IMG/VR virus record: IMGVR_UViG_3300045988_165974
Span: 64,001-128,000 of that record
Source of the DNA: a virus
Direction: 5' to 3' (one strand)
DNA length: 64,000 nucleotides
Below the pieces are notes generated by a model that saw only the letters and a program-made list of their open reading frames with translations, searched no databases and was not told the origin of the DNA. The translations under genes and the position numbers were made by a program. Positions 54,818 through 62,900 of this stretch are shown here, piece after piece; within the stretch, counting starts at the first letter, position 1, and each line of letters starts with the position of its first letter.

Positions 54818-55180
54818 ATGGCGAACGAAATAATAAAAGTTTTAGATAATCTTGGTGAGAAATTTGGTATAGCTATAGACTGGTCGTCTGCAAATGTTGT
54901 ACCATATCTTCAAGATTTGATGACAAGAATTGTAAAATATGAAACATACACTAGCATAGCTTGGATTATATTATTTATCTTAGGAATATTAATATTATTT
55001 GCTATAAAAAAACTTATAAAAGATGAAGAAATTAAAGAATATATAAGCATGGGGTTAGTGATATGGATAGTATTGTCGGCTTTAGTATTTTCAAAACAAG
55101 TGCTTGATATTATAGAAGTAAATACAATTCCTGAAAAATATGTTATTCATATGATAAATAATGAATTAGATAATGAATAA
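54818..55180 (+). CDS. membrane protein (2 TM)
   Basis: ORF track; AGGAGA RBS. Confidence 0.55.
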   Translation: MANEIIKVLDNLGEKFGIAIDWSSANVVPYLQDLMTRIVKYETYTSIAWIILFILGILILFAIKKLIKDEEIKEYISMGLVIWIVLSALVFSKQVLDIIEVNTIPEKYVIHMINNELDNE

Positions 55181-55227
55181 CCAGACAAAGAAAGAAACAG
55201 GTTGATTTTACATAAGGAGGGTATAGC

Positions 55228-55575
55228 ATGAAATTAATGAGTTGTTTTGATAATTTTCAAGCAGATAGAACTTGTGAATTATGTAAGATTGCAAATCATA
55301 TGCAATATAGATATTGTAAACAATTAATGCAACTAAAGAAAGAAATTGAAAAATGTTGTCGTATTTCAGAATGTGAATATGCAAAAGAAAGATATGAAGA
55401 ATGGCAACCTTATACCGAATGTGTATATTTTAAATGTGATTGTAAACCTAGAGAACTTTGTATGAAATCAGAATACGATAAAGCCGTTAGTGAATATAAT
55501 ACACTTAAAGAAGGGGCTCTAAAATCAATTAGAAATCAAATAGGAACATATGTTCTTAATGACGAAGGGAAATAA
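55228..55575 (+). CDS. Cys-rich hypothetical protein
   Basis: ORF track; GGAGGG RBS. Confidence 0.5.
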   Translation: MKLMSCFDNFQADRTCELCKIANHMQYRYCKQLMQLKKEIEKCCRISECEYAKERYEEWQPYTECVYFKCDCKPRELCMKSEYDKAVSEYNTLKEGALKSIRNQIGTYVLNDEGK

Positions 55576-55578
55576 CTT

Positions 55579-55995
55579 ATGAAGTTACCAAAGTTTAGAG
55601 CATGGGATAAAAATACAAATACAATATATGAAAATATAAGTATATTGCCAAGTATGGAGTGTATAGCTATAAATGTGGATTATGACCATGATTTTCAAGA
55701 GTACTGTATAGATGAAAGTTATGTAGTAGAACTTAAAGATGTTGAATTGTTAGAATACACAGGGATAAAGGACTATGAAGGTAAAGAAATATATGAAGGA
55801 GATATAGTCAAAAAAGAATTTATGGAGCAATGGTTAGAAGATACAAAGTTTATAGGCATTGTAAAAATGATAGAAGGTAGTTGGTGTGTAGTAAATGAGA
55901 AGAAGAAAAAATGTAAATACCTATGGAGTGAAACCGATGTTAACCATGTAATAGGTAATATATATGAGAATAAAAACTTATTGGAGGAAAAATAA
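55579..55995 (+). CDS. YopX-family protein
   Basis: KFRAWDK...YEGKEIYEGDIV...VIGNIYEN. Confidence 0.75.
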   Translation: MKLPKFRAWDKNTNTIYENISILPSMECIAINVDYDHDFQEYCIDESYVVELKDVELLEYTGIKDYEGKEIYEGDIVKKEFMEQWLEDTKFIGIVKMIEGSWCVVNEKKKKCKYLWSETDVNHVIGNIYENKNLLEEK

Positions 55996-56396
55996 TGGAA
56001 GAAGTAAAAATCAGAGTATGGGACAAAGAAGAAAATAAAATGATAAGTGGTGATAATTTTGCTTTTGAAGAATATGCACCTTTAAATGATTTATTTCATA
56101 ACAATTCTAAAAGATTTGACTTTATGTTATACATAGGTTGTAAAGATATAAATGCTAAAGAAATATATGAAGGAGATATAGTTGAAATAGTTGGAAATCC
56201 AAGCATGCATCCGAACCTTTGTTACATAGGAACTAAATTTAAAGTCTTCTACAATAAAAAAAGTTGCAGCTTTATGATGCAAGATATCTCTAATAAAAAT
56301 AATGTACAATACTTCGATTTAGATTTAGGAGGGATATCTTCAAAAGATTTACTTGTTATTGGAAATATTTATAAAGATAAAAGGGATTGGAGGTGA
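55995..56396 (+). CDS. YopX-family protein (tandem paralog)
   Basis: IRVWDK...AKEIYEGDIVEI...VIGNIYKD. Confidence 0.75.
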   Translation: MEEVKIRVWDKEENKMISGDNFAFEEYAPLNDLFHNNSKRFDFMLYIGCKDINAKEIYEGDIVEIVGNPSMHPNLCYIGTKFKVFYNKKSCSFMMQDISNKNNVQYFDLDLGGISSKDLLVIGNIYKDKRDWR

Positions 56397-56400
56397 ATTT

Positions 56401-56553
56401 ATGACTTTATCAGGAGTTATTACAGTAGTGTTACTTGTATTAAAAGTGTTAAACATAATTAATATTTCATGGTGGATTGTGTTTGCTCCAGTTATAATAG
56501 TGATGTTAATAAAGATATTATTCTTTGTAACTATACATATATTCTTAAAATAA
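56401..56553 (+). CDS. small membrane protein (50 aa)
   Basis: ATG with a GGAGGTGA RBS, within track ORF 56353..56553. Confidence 0.45.
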   Translation: MTLSGVITVVLLVLKVLNIINISWWIVFAPVIIVMLIKILFFVTIHIFLK

Positions 56554-56567
56554 AAAGGAGAGTAAAT

Positions 56568-56744
56568 ATGAATTTGTATGAAATAGAATGGAAATATAAA
56601 AAACATAATGTTATTAACACATGTTTAATAGATGGGAAGAATGAGAAAAAGGCAGTCAATAACTTCTTGTCTTCTGCTAAATTCGAACTTCCAATAGTAA
56701 TTATTAACATTAAGAAAGTAAATCTAAATAAAATATATGGATAG
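56568..56744 (+). CDS. hypothetical small protein
   Basis: ATG with an AAGGAGAG RBS, within track ORF 56469..56744. Confidence 0.45.
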   Translation: MNLYEIEWKYKKHNVINTCLIDGKNEKKAVNNFLSSAKFELPIVIINIKKVNLNKIYG

Positions 56745-56952
56745 AGAAAACATGAATAATATATTAAAAGAAATATTAGATATTTTTAAAACAATGATAT
56801 TAGGAGCTATTGTTTTAAGTTTAAGTATATTTTTATTGATAATACTTATTATAAATTGGAAAGTATATTTAGTAACTATATTAATAGGATTAGTGTGTTA
56901 TCCAATAGGATATTTTACTAAGAAATTAATTAAAAAGGAGGGGAATAAATGA
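56737..56952 (+). CDS. small membrane protein
   Basis: ORF track; two hydrophobic segments. Confidence 0.45.
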   Translation: MDRENMNNILKEILDIFKTMILGAIVLSLSIFLLIILIINWKVYLVTILIGLVCYPIGYFTKKLIKKEGNK

Positions 56953-57386
56953 ATCTAACAATAAAACAAATGGACCTGTTTAAATCTAAAAGAAAAGTAT
57001 TAGTTCATTGTATTTCACAAGATTGTGCTATGGGTGCAGGAATTGCTAAAACATTTGATAGAAAGTTTCCAAACATGAGAAATGCCCTTTTATATGAGTT
57101 ATCTGAAAACAAAATTAAATATCCAGTTTCCATTCCATATTGTGAAAAGGATATGGTTATTATAAACATGATAACTAAGCCAAGATACTTTAATAAACCT
57201 ACATATTCAGAGTTTAGAAAGGCTCTAATAGAGGTTAAATATATTTGTCTTATGAATGGTTATAAAGAAATTGGAATGCCTAAGATTGGATGTGGGTTAG
57301 ATAAACTGTCATGGAAGAAAGTTGAAAAAATGATAAGAGAGATATTTGACGATACAGATATTGATATATTGGTATGTTGGAAGTAG
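56949..57386 (+). CDS. macro domain protein (ADP-ribose binding/hydrolase fold)
   Basis: VLVHCISQDCAMGAGIAKTF...GMPKIGCGLDKLSW. Confidence 0.7.
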   Translation: MNLTIKQMDLFKSKRKVLVHCISQDCAMGAGIAKTFDRKFPNMRNALLYELSENKIKYPVSIPYCEKDMVIINMITKPRYFNKPTYSEFRKALIEVKYICLMNGYKEIGMPKIGCGLDKLSWKKVEKMIREIFDDTDIDILVCWK

Positions 57387-57394
57387 GTGAAATT

Positions 57395-57553
57395 ATGCCA
57401 ACAATAATAATTGAAGTTGTAACAATAAAAAATACTTTAGAACAACACATTTTTATAAACGAAAGTGAAAAGTGTAAAGAATTTATAAAGAACAAAAGTA
57501 TTGAAGAATATATTTATTCTATAGTAGAAGTCCCTGGTGAAATTTATAATTAA
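57395..57553 (+). CDS. possible 52-aa protein
   Basis: Below the track cutoff; AGGTGA RBS. Confidence 0.35.
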   Translation: MPTIIIEVVTIKNTLEQHIFINESEKCKEFIKNKSIEEYIYSIVEVPGEIYN

Positions 57554-57557
57554 AGTA

Positions 57558-57586
57558 TTGACATATTTTTATAATTATGATATTCT
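57558..57586 (+). promoter_or_regulatory. sigma-A type promoter with no downstream plus-strand gene
   Basis: TTGACA, 17-nt spacer, TATTCT. Confidence 0.45.
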
Positions 57587-57592
57587 ATATGC

Positions 57593-57726
57593 ATAGAAAT
57601 ATTTTTGCTTTGAGTGAATGTTCTCAAAAATATTACTTATTATAGAACACTCTTACTGGCATTTGAGTGTTCCTTTCGCAATAAGAAAAAAATTAGGGAC
57701 GGGAGTTACCCCGTCCCTTTTGCTTT
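57593..57726 (+). ncRNA. candidate small RNA (promoter to terminator, about 130 nt)
   Basis: Contains hairpin TTGAG/CTCAA (57610-57627). GAACACTC (57645-57652) can pair with GAGTGTTC (57665-57672) or with GAGTGaaTGTTC upstream. Ends at the terminator. Confidence 0.35.
57695..57726. terminator. bidirectional terminator between convergent units
   Basis: Stem agggacggg/cccgtccct, flanked by an A-run on the left and a T-rich tract on the right. Confidence 0.7.
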
Positions 57727-57748
57727 AGTTTTTTATAATATAAAACAA

Positions 57749-58564
57749 TTATCTTTCAAATACTTCTATATATTTACTTGATGCAGTTACATAAATTCCT
57801 GATTTAGTAAGATACATATCAGTTCCAGTTCTTTCTATTTTCTTTACTATAGTTAATACTGTTCCAACTTCAAGTTTTCCACATACAGAATCTTCATTGA
57901 AGTTCGGAGCATTATGCATATTTATTTCCTTAATTACTCTTAAGTATTTAGTTTTAGTAGTTGTAGTATTTGGAACTTGAGTTACTTTACCTTTCCCATT
58001 TGTACAATTTACTATATCGTTGACTTTTATTTTTCCTTTTGTTAAATTATAACAGTCTAATTTAAACTGTTCGTATTTTTTAGGATTTAAAACCATATAT
58101 ATTGGACATAACTTATAAGCTCTACCAACAACATCTGTATGTCTTATTATATCCTTTTTACAATTTAGTCCTTTTCTATCACATAGCCATGCACATAATT
58201 GAACCATACTTCTATAAGTTGCATCTGTATAATGATTATCTTTACCTGTTGTCGCAACTTCAATTCCAACCGCATATGAATTAGCACTATTTGTAGCATA
58301 ACACATTTCATTAATTGGTATTAGTTGATATATTGCCCCATCAAGGTCTATTACATAATGAGCAGATGCATAAATATATTTACCATTTACTTTAGTTCCA
58401 TTTGCAACGACATTGTTAAAGTAAGATACTGTTGCACTTCCTTTTACATCTGCTTGACCTGTGTAATGAATGGCAACCTTTGTATAATTTAATGATGTTC
58501 CAGGTCTGCCATATTTATTTTTCTTTTGCCATTTTTCAATAACTTTTGGTTTTTTAACTGACAT
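57749..58564 (-). CDS. endolysin: N-acetylmuramoyl-L-alanine amidase (amidase_2/PGRP) plus SH3-like C-terminus
   Basis: AIHYTGQ...SAHYVIDLDGAIYQLIP...AVGIEV...HTD motifs. Confidence 0.8.
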   Translation of the reverse strand: MSVKKPKVIEKWQKKNKYGRPGTSLNYTKVAIHYTGQADVKGSATVSYFNNVVANGTKVNGKYIYASAHYVIDLDGAIYQLIPINEMCYATNSANSYAVGIEVATTGKDNHYTDATYRSMVQLCAWLCDRKGLNCKKDIIRHTDVVGRAYKLCPIYMVLNPKKYEQFKLDCYNLTKGKIKVNDIVNCTNGKGKVTQVPNTTTTKTKYLRVIKEINMHNAPNFNEDSVCGKLEVGTVLTIVKKIERTGTDMYLTKSGIYVTASSKYIEVFER

Positions 58565-58624
58565 TTAACATCACCTTTCTTTAATTATTTTTATGTAAAT
58601 TTGTCAACTTATTTTGTTTGATTG

Positions 58625-59032
58625 TTATTTATCTTTATTTTCAGTTGAATCTCTTAGTTGTTCTAAAACATCTTTTAATGTATCAGGAATAGGAATGAAT
58701 TCGCTTGCATTCTCTAATAAGCTTATAGATTCATTTGCAATAAAAAACATTATAACCATTTCTCTTATAGCAATATTACTTGCAGTTACTTTTTGTATTT
58801 CGTATGCAACAGCTATCACTATAAATATGAATACTTTTCTAATTATTCCCTTATATCCAATTTTGCTAGATAATTTTTTATTATATATAGCTTTTAAAAC
58901 ACCTGCTATATAGTCTAAGACAACTAGAGTTAGCATTGTGCTTAATAACATATCCCAACCTCCTAAGTGCTGTCCTATGAATCCACCTAATATGGCTGCA
59001 AAAATACTTATAGTATTAAAATATTTTTCCAT
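58625..59032 (-). CDS. holin (TcdE/phage_holin_4_1-like)
   Basis: Three TM segments. LVVLDYIAGVLKAIYNKKLSSKIGYKGIIRKV is typical of the family. Lies directly upstream of the endolysin. Confidence 0.8.
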   Translation of the reverse strand: MEKYFNTISIFAAILGGFIGQHLGGWDMLLSTMLTLVVLDYIAGVLKAIYNKKLSSKIGYKGIIRKVFIFIVIAVAYEIQKVTASNIAIREMVIMFFIANESISLLENASEFIPIPDTLKDVLEQLRDSTENKDK

Positions 59033-59098
59033 AAAAATCTTCCTTTCTAATTTTATTACAATAAATTACTGTTTCTTTTTCAAATATCCACCTCCTGT

Positions 59099-59127
59099 AT
59101 TATAAAATATCTATATTAAAATCCTAA
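59099..59127 (-). promoter_or_regulatory. candidate promoter for the lysis cassette
   Basis: Minus strand reads TTAGGA, 17-nt spacer, TATAAT. Confidence 0.45.
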
Positions 59128-59132
59128 AATAG

Positions 59133-59161
59133 GCAATAAAAAAGCCACCATAAAAGGTGGC
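59133..59161 (-). terminator. rho-independent terminator (minus strand)
   Basis: Stem gccacc/ggtggc followed by a T-run on the minus strand. Confidence 0.6.
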
Positions 59162-59208
59162 AAGCTCCATAAGTATATCTTTCTTTTTTTTGGCAAGTAG
59201 GAGCAATA
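59135..59208 (-). ncRNA. candidate ~70-nt small RNA
   Basis: Lies between the minus-strand promoter at 59215-59243 and the terminator at 59144-59161. Confidence 0.3.
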
Positions 59209-59214
59209 TATGTA

Positions 59215-59243
59215 ATAATACCATAATTACCCATGTATTTCAA
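59215..59243 (-). promoter_or_regulatory. candidate minus-strand promoter
   Basis: Minus strand reads TTGAAA, 17-nt spacer, TATTAT. Confidence 0.4.
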
Positions 59244-59571
59244 TAAAAAAATGCATAAAGCAATTTAGCATTTGGAATTATTTACATATATAAACAAACC
59301 CAGATTAATTTCTAGGCTCATTTCTGTATCCTGTATGGTAAAAGTGTATATTCATATTATATTTGCCTAGATAGATTTTATACTTTAAATCATATGTTAA
59401 AATTTTGTAAAATTGGAATATTTTCAAAGACAAAAATCATATGCTATGATATGTGTAACGATTATATAGGGAGCGATAGCGACCGAGAGTAATCGTGAAA
59501 CGGTCATATCAAGTTTATAGCAATTTAGGATATCTATGTCTTTTAAAATCTTTACATAAAATTATATATTT

Positions 59572-59600
59572 TTCCAGAAAAATAAGGAGGTTTCCCTCCT
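59572..59600 (-). terminator. terminator after the ATPase gene
   Basis: Stem aggagg/cctcct immediately after the stop codon. T-rich on both sides. Confidence 0.6.
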
Positions 59601-59603
59601 TTT

Positions 59604-61859
59604 TTATTTTGGCAATTTAATTACAAATGCAGAATAAACACTTTCTTCACTCCTAATTAAACAGAGTGCATGAAATCTTTTCAAATTGACAAAGTCAGAT
59701 TCTGTATAGCCTTCCTTAATAAATAAGTCCTTGAGTTCATAAAAATTCCTTATATCGCCTCCTGCAAGGAGAAAGAAATTCAATCCACTGCTTAATATCG
59801 CTTCTTTACATTTTTTATTACATTGATTAAGAAAGTGTAGACTTATAGTAGGAATAAAAGAATATTTTCTACATTCTGTTAAAATATCTTGAAATATAAG
59901 TTGAGCAGTTGGAAATAGATTTATTTCATCAATAAATATTTGAGTTCTAGTCTTTGCATTGAGTTGTTTAGCTAACCACACCTTACTAAGATAAAATGTA
60001 GCAATTAAATCTCTTATATTTCTATTAGTGAAATCCTCTTCTCTGGCTTTTATTAATATAACTTTATTTTCATTAAGAGCTTTAACAAAATTAATATTAT
60101 CAACTCCTGATTTATTATAAGCAAGTTTTGTATATAAATTAGTTTTTAATATGCTAATTCTGTCTATAATTCCATCAATTTTTGTGTCATAATTTTCTAT
60201 ATCCCCATTTTTATTTTCTTTATCTAATTCCTTTAAGTCATTTATTTCATCATCTAACAAGACCTTCTCATTGCCACTTAGAAGCTCTATTAAATCTCTT
60301 CTAGTCTTAGGATTCGTTAAAATTTTTATAACCTCTTTAAAACTTGAATTTGAGTTCTTGTAAAAAGAAATTGTACAAGCAGCATTAAAATATCTTAACA
60401 TTCTTGGAGTTAATTTTGTTTCTGCATTTATCGTATTTAGGAGCATATAAAGTTGTGATGATTTTTCCATACATTTCGCTAATTTTCTGTATTTATCTGG
60501 ACTACTACAGATAAGTTCATTAAAACAGAATCCCTGTAATTGATTTACATTACTACAATCTATCTCAATGAGCTTATCTTTAGGTGTTATTTTTTTAATA
60601 CTTTCTGCTAATTCACAACTTTTTATTATATCTAATACTACTAATCCGTCTCCTTTTTTAATAATTGATTCGGCTAGTTTAGTCATAAAATGAGTTTTCC
60701 CTGAACCCATTCCTCCTATTAAAGCCTTTCCAAGTCTACTAAAATTTTTATCAGTAGAATCATAAACAGATTCATTCTTTAAAGAAGTTCCTAAAAATAT
60801 GTCTCCCTTTTTTAAAGAGTTTGGAATGGATTTATCATATATATTATTATGTTCAATGCTTTTATATTGTTTGATAATAGAATCGCCAGGTAGAGCTACA
60901 AAATTAGCATCTTCATATATAGAAGTATTAAGAACTTTTACATATGGTAATACTGGTTTAGTGATGTCTATTTCTTTTTTTAATTTTTTATATATAAACT
61001 CATTGTCATCAATTATTTCTCCATATGTCCCTACTAGACTCTCTGTAATCGTTTTAGAACGACTTTGAGAACCTCCCTTTGTAGTTATTAGTATTTGGGT
61101 TTTACAAATGTCTGAGGTACTTTTTTTAATGGTGTTATTACTTAATTTATCAAAGACAACTTTTCTTTCAGTTTGTTTTATATCAAATATAAAATCTAAT
61201 GTAGAGTTTATAAAATCAATACTATAATCTAATATTTTTATTACTATATTAAGGAGTTTATTAGATGTATATTTTACAGAACTTTCTTTATATTCTTTTA
61301 TGAATTTTTGACAAGAAGCTTTAAAATAGTTTAGCTGCTTTTCAGAGGTAGGAATAAAATTATATAGAAGGCTAACTTCTTCATCATTTTGTAAAAGTTC
61401 TATAATTGTCATATTTGCATTAAGAAGCTCATTGTTTCTCATATCTGCATTAGTAGAGAAAAAATCTTTTTTCTTGTACATAAGTTGATATTGAATTCCA
61501 TTTTCTATTAGTGGAATATTATCAAGTTCTTCTATTTCTACCGACTTCCAAACCTCTTTGAATTTAACTTTAAATTTAGAATAAAAGATTTTTGGAACAA
61601 TGAAATAAAAATTAATTTTTTCTTTAGTAATATAGACATAATAAGATGCTTTTAATTGAGTTCCTATTACTAATTTCCTATCTTCTATGTGGATTAATTT
61701 ATTAAGATTTATAAACATTTTATTGACTAATCTTAAAATTTCATGAGTTTTATTGTTTTTTATGGATTTTGTAGGAATGAGCTTAAGATAAATATATTCT
61801 TGATTTTTAATTTCTATATACTTTGAAATTGGAATACTATGCATTTGTAATAACTCCAA
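59604..61859 (-). CDS. large P-loop ATPase (VirB4/TrbE- or HerA/FtsK-like)
   Basis: Mid-protein Walker A GGMGSGKTH and Walker B IFIDEINLF. 751 aa. Start overlaps the preceding small 2-TM gene. Confidence 0.55.
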   Translation of the reverse strand: MELLQMHSIPISKYIEIKNQEYIYLKLIPTKSIKNNKTHEILRLVNKMFINLNKLIHIEDRKLVIGTQLKASYYVYITKEKINFYFIVPKIFYSKFKVKFKEVWKSVEIEELDNIPLIENGIQYQLMYKKKDFFSTNADMRNNELLNANMTIIELLQNDEEVSLLYNFIPTSEKQLNYFKASCQKFIKEYKESSVKYTSNKLLNIVIKILDYSIDFINSTLDFIFDIKQTERKVVFDKLSNNTIKKSTSDICKTQILITTKGGSQSRSKTITESLVGTYGEIIDDNEFIYKKLKKEIDITKPVLPYVKVLNTSIYEDANFVALPGDSIIKQYKSIEHNNIYDKSIPNSLKKGDIFLGTSLKNESVYDSTDKNFSRLGKALIGGMGSGKTHFMTKLAESIIKKGDGLVVLDIIKSCELAESIKKITPKDKLIEIDCSNVNQLQGFCFNELICSSPDKYRKLAKCMEKSSQLYMLLNTINAETKLTPRMLRYFNAACTISFYKNSNSSFKEVIKILTNPKTRRDLIELLSGNEKVLLDDEINDLKELDKENKNGDIENYDTKIDGIIDRISILKTNLYTKLAYNKSGVDNINFVKALNENKVILIKAREEDFTNRNIRDLIATFYLSKVWLAKQLNAKTRTQIFIDEINLFPTAQLIFQDILTECRKYSFIPTISLHFLNQCNKKCKEAILSSGLNFFLLAGGDIRNFYELKDLFIKEGYTESDFVNLKRFHALCLIRSEESVYSAFVIKLPK

Positions 61860-62088
61860 TTATTATATTGAGAATTAGGTATATACAAGGTATCATAAAT
61901 GCCCATCTTTTACCTTTTTCATGTCCAAATACATACATCAATAGGGCAATGAATCCTGCGACAAGACAAACATTAAAAGAAAATTTTTCAATAGTAACTA
62001 AAAGCTCATATCCAGTTTCTCTTAAAGATTCTATCGGATGTAAAATAATATCTAATTTATCCATTAATTGTATAAATTTTTCTTCCAT
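61837..62088 (-). CDS. small 2-TM membrane protein (VirB3-like position)
   Basis: ORF track; overlaps the ATPase start by 23 nt. Confidence 0.5.
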   Translation of the reverse strand: MEEKFIQLMDKLDIILHPIESLRETGYELLVTIEKFSFNVCLVAGFIALLMYVFGHEKGKRWAFMIPCIYLILNIIIGVITNA

Positions 62089-62100
62089 AATTTTACCCTC

Positions 62101-62475
62101 CTATAATTTAATCATTGAAAATAATTTTGGATAAAATGTTAAAAGTATATATATTAAAAAATATTGGATTCCAGAAGTTGTGGCTTGACGGAAATCTGCT
62201 CCTTGTAGTGCATTTTCTATTATGCTTTTTATTCCCATACACATACATCCGTATTGAGCAAATATCATTAATAAATCTAATATTTGATTTGCTACATTTG
62301 ATATTTCTACTTCTGTAGTTGCTCCATATGAGATTAAGCCTTTGTGCATAAATATAGCTATTAATATAATAAGTCTTTTGTATTCTACTTTACTTAGGCT
62401 ATTAAGAAACTTTTCAACAATAGTATGTTCACTTTCCATCATTTGTTTATATTCTGAAAAAGTATAAGATTTCAT
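62101..62475 (-). CDS. membrane protein (multi-TM)
   Basis: ORF track; GGGGGAA RBS on the minus strand. Confidence 0.5.
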   Translation of the reverse strand: MKSYTFSEYKQMMESEHTIVEKFLNSLSKVEYKRLIILIAIFMHKGLISYGATTEVEISNVANQILDLLMIFAQYGCMCMGIKSIIENALQGADFRQATTSGIQYFLIYILLTFYPKLFSMIKL

Positions 62476-62556
62476 GAATAATATTCCCCCTTTATGGTTA
62501 TTTTAAAAATAAAACGAGGTGATAAAACAATGGGTGAAGCTTTATTTTGGTTTGGA

Positions 62557-62745
62557 CTATCTTTTGCTTTCAACTGCTTGCGTAGTTTGATTTAGCTCTG
62601 AATACATTTTCTCTCTTAAAACATATTTGATATAGGCACTCTTATTCCCGTATGCAGAAAATTTTTCTTCTAACCAGGAATATAAAAGAGTGTCTTCCAT
62701 ATTGTTCTTGAAACTTACTTCAAGTGATTTCTTATTTTTTCTCAT
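62557..62745 (-). CDS. small DNA-binding-like protein (possible ribbon-helix-helix)
   Basis: ORF track; GGGAGGAAA RBS. The fold is guessed from the size and the N-terminal beta-strand-like KKSLEVSF. Confidence 0.45.
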   Translation of the reverse strand: MRKNKKSLEVSFKNNMEDTLLYSWLEEKFSAYGNKSAYIKYVLREKMYSELNQTTQAVESKR

Positions 62746-62900
62746 GAATTTTCCTCCCTTTTACTGTCTTTTAATAGATTATATGTAAAAGTACTGAAAA
62801 TATTCCAAAAAAAATTCCCCTAAATTTTCTAGGGGAAAAGTCTAAAAAGACTAACATACAAATAGAACAACTACTAATATATTCCCCAATTTTATTATGA

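Noticed and set aside
59033-59170. c-di-GMP (GEMM-I) riboswitch upstream of the holin, as reported for some clostridial phage lysis regions
   Set aside because: Only vague AAAUAGGCAA/AAAGCC similarity is present. The two-hairpin GNRA tetraloop/receptor architecture is absent.
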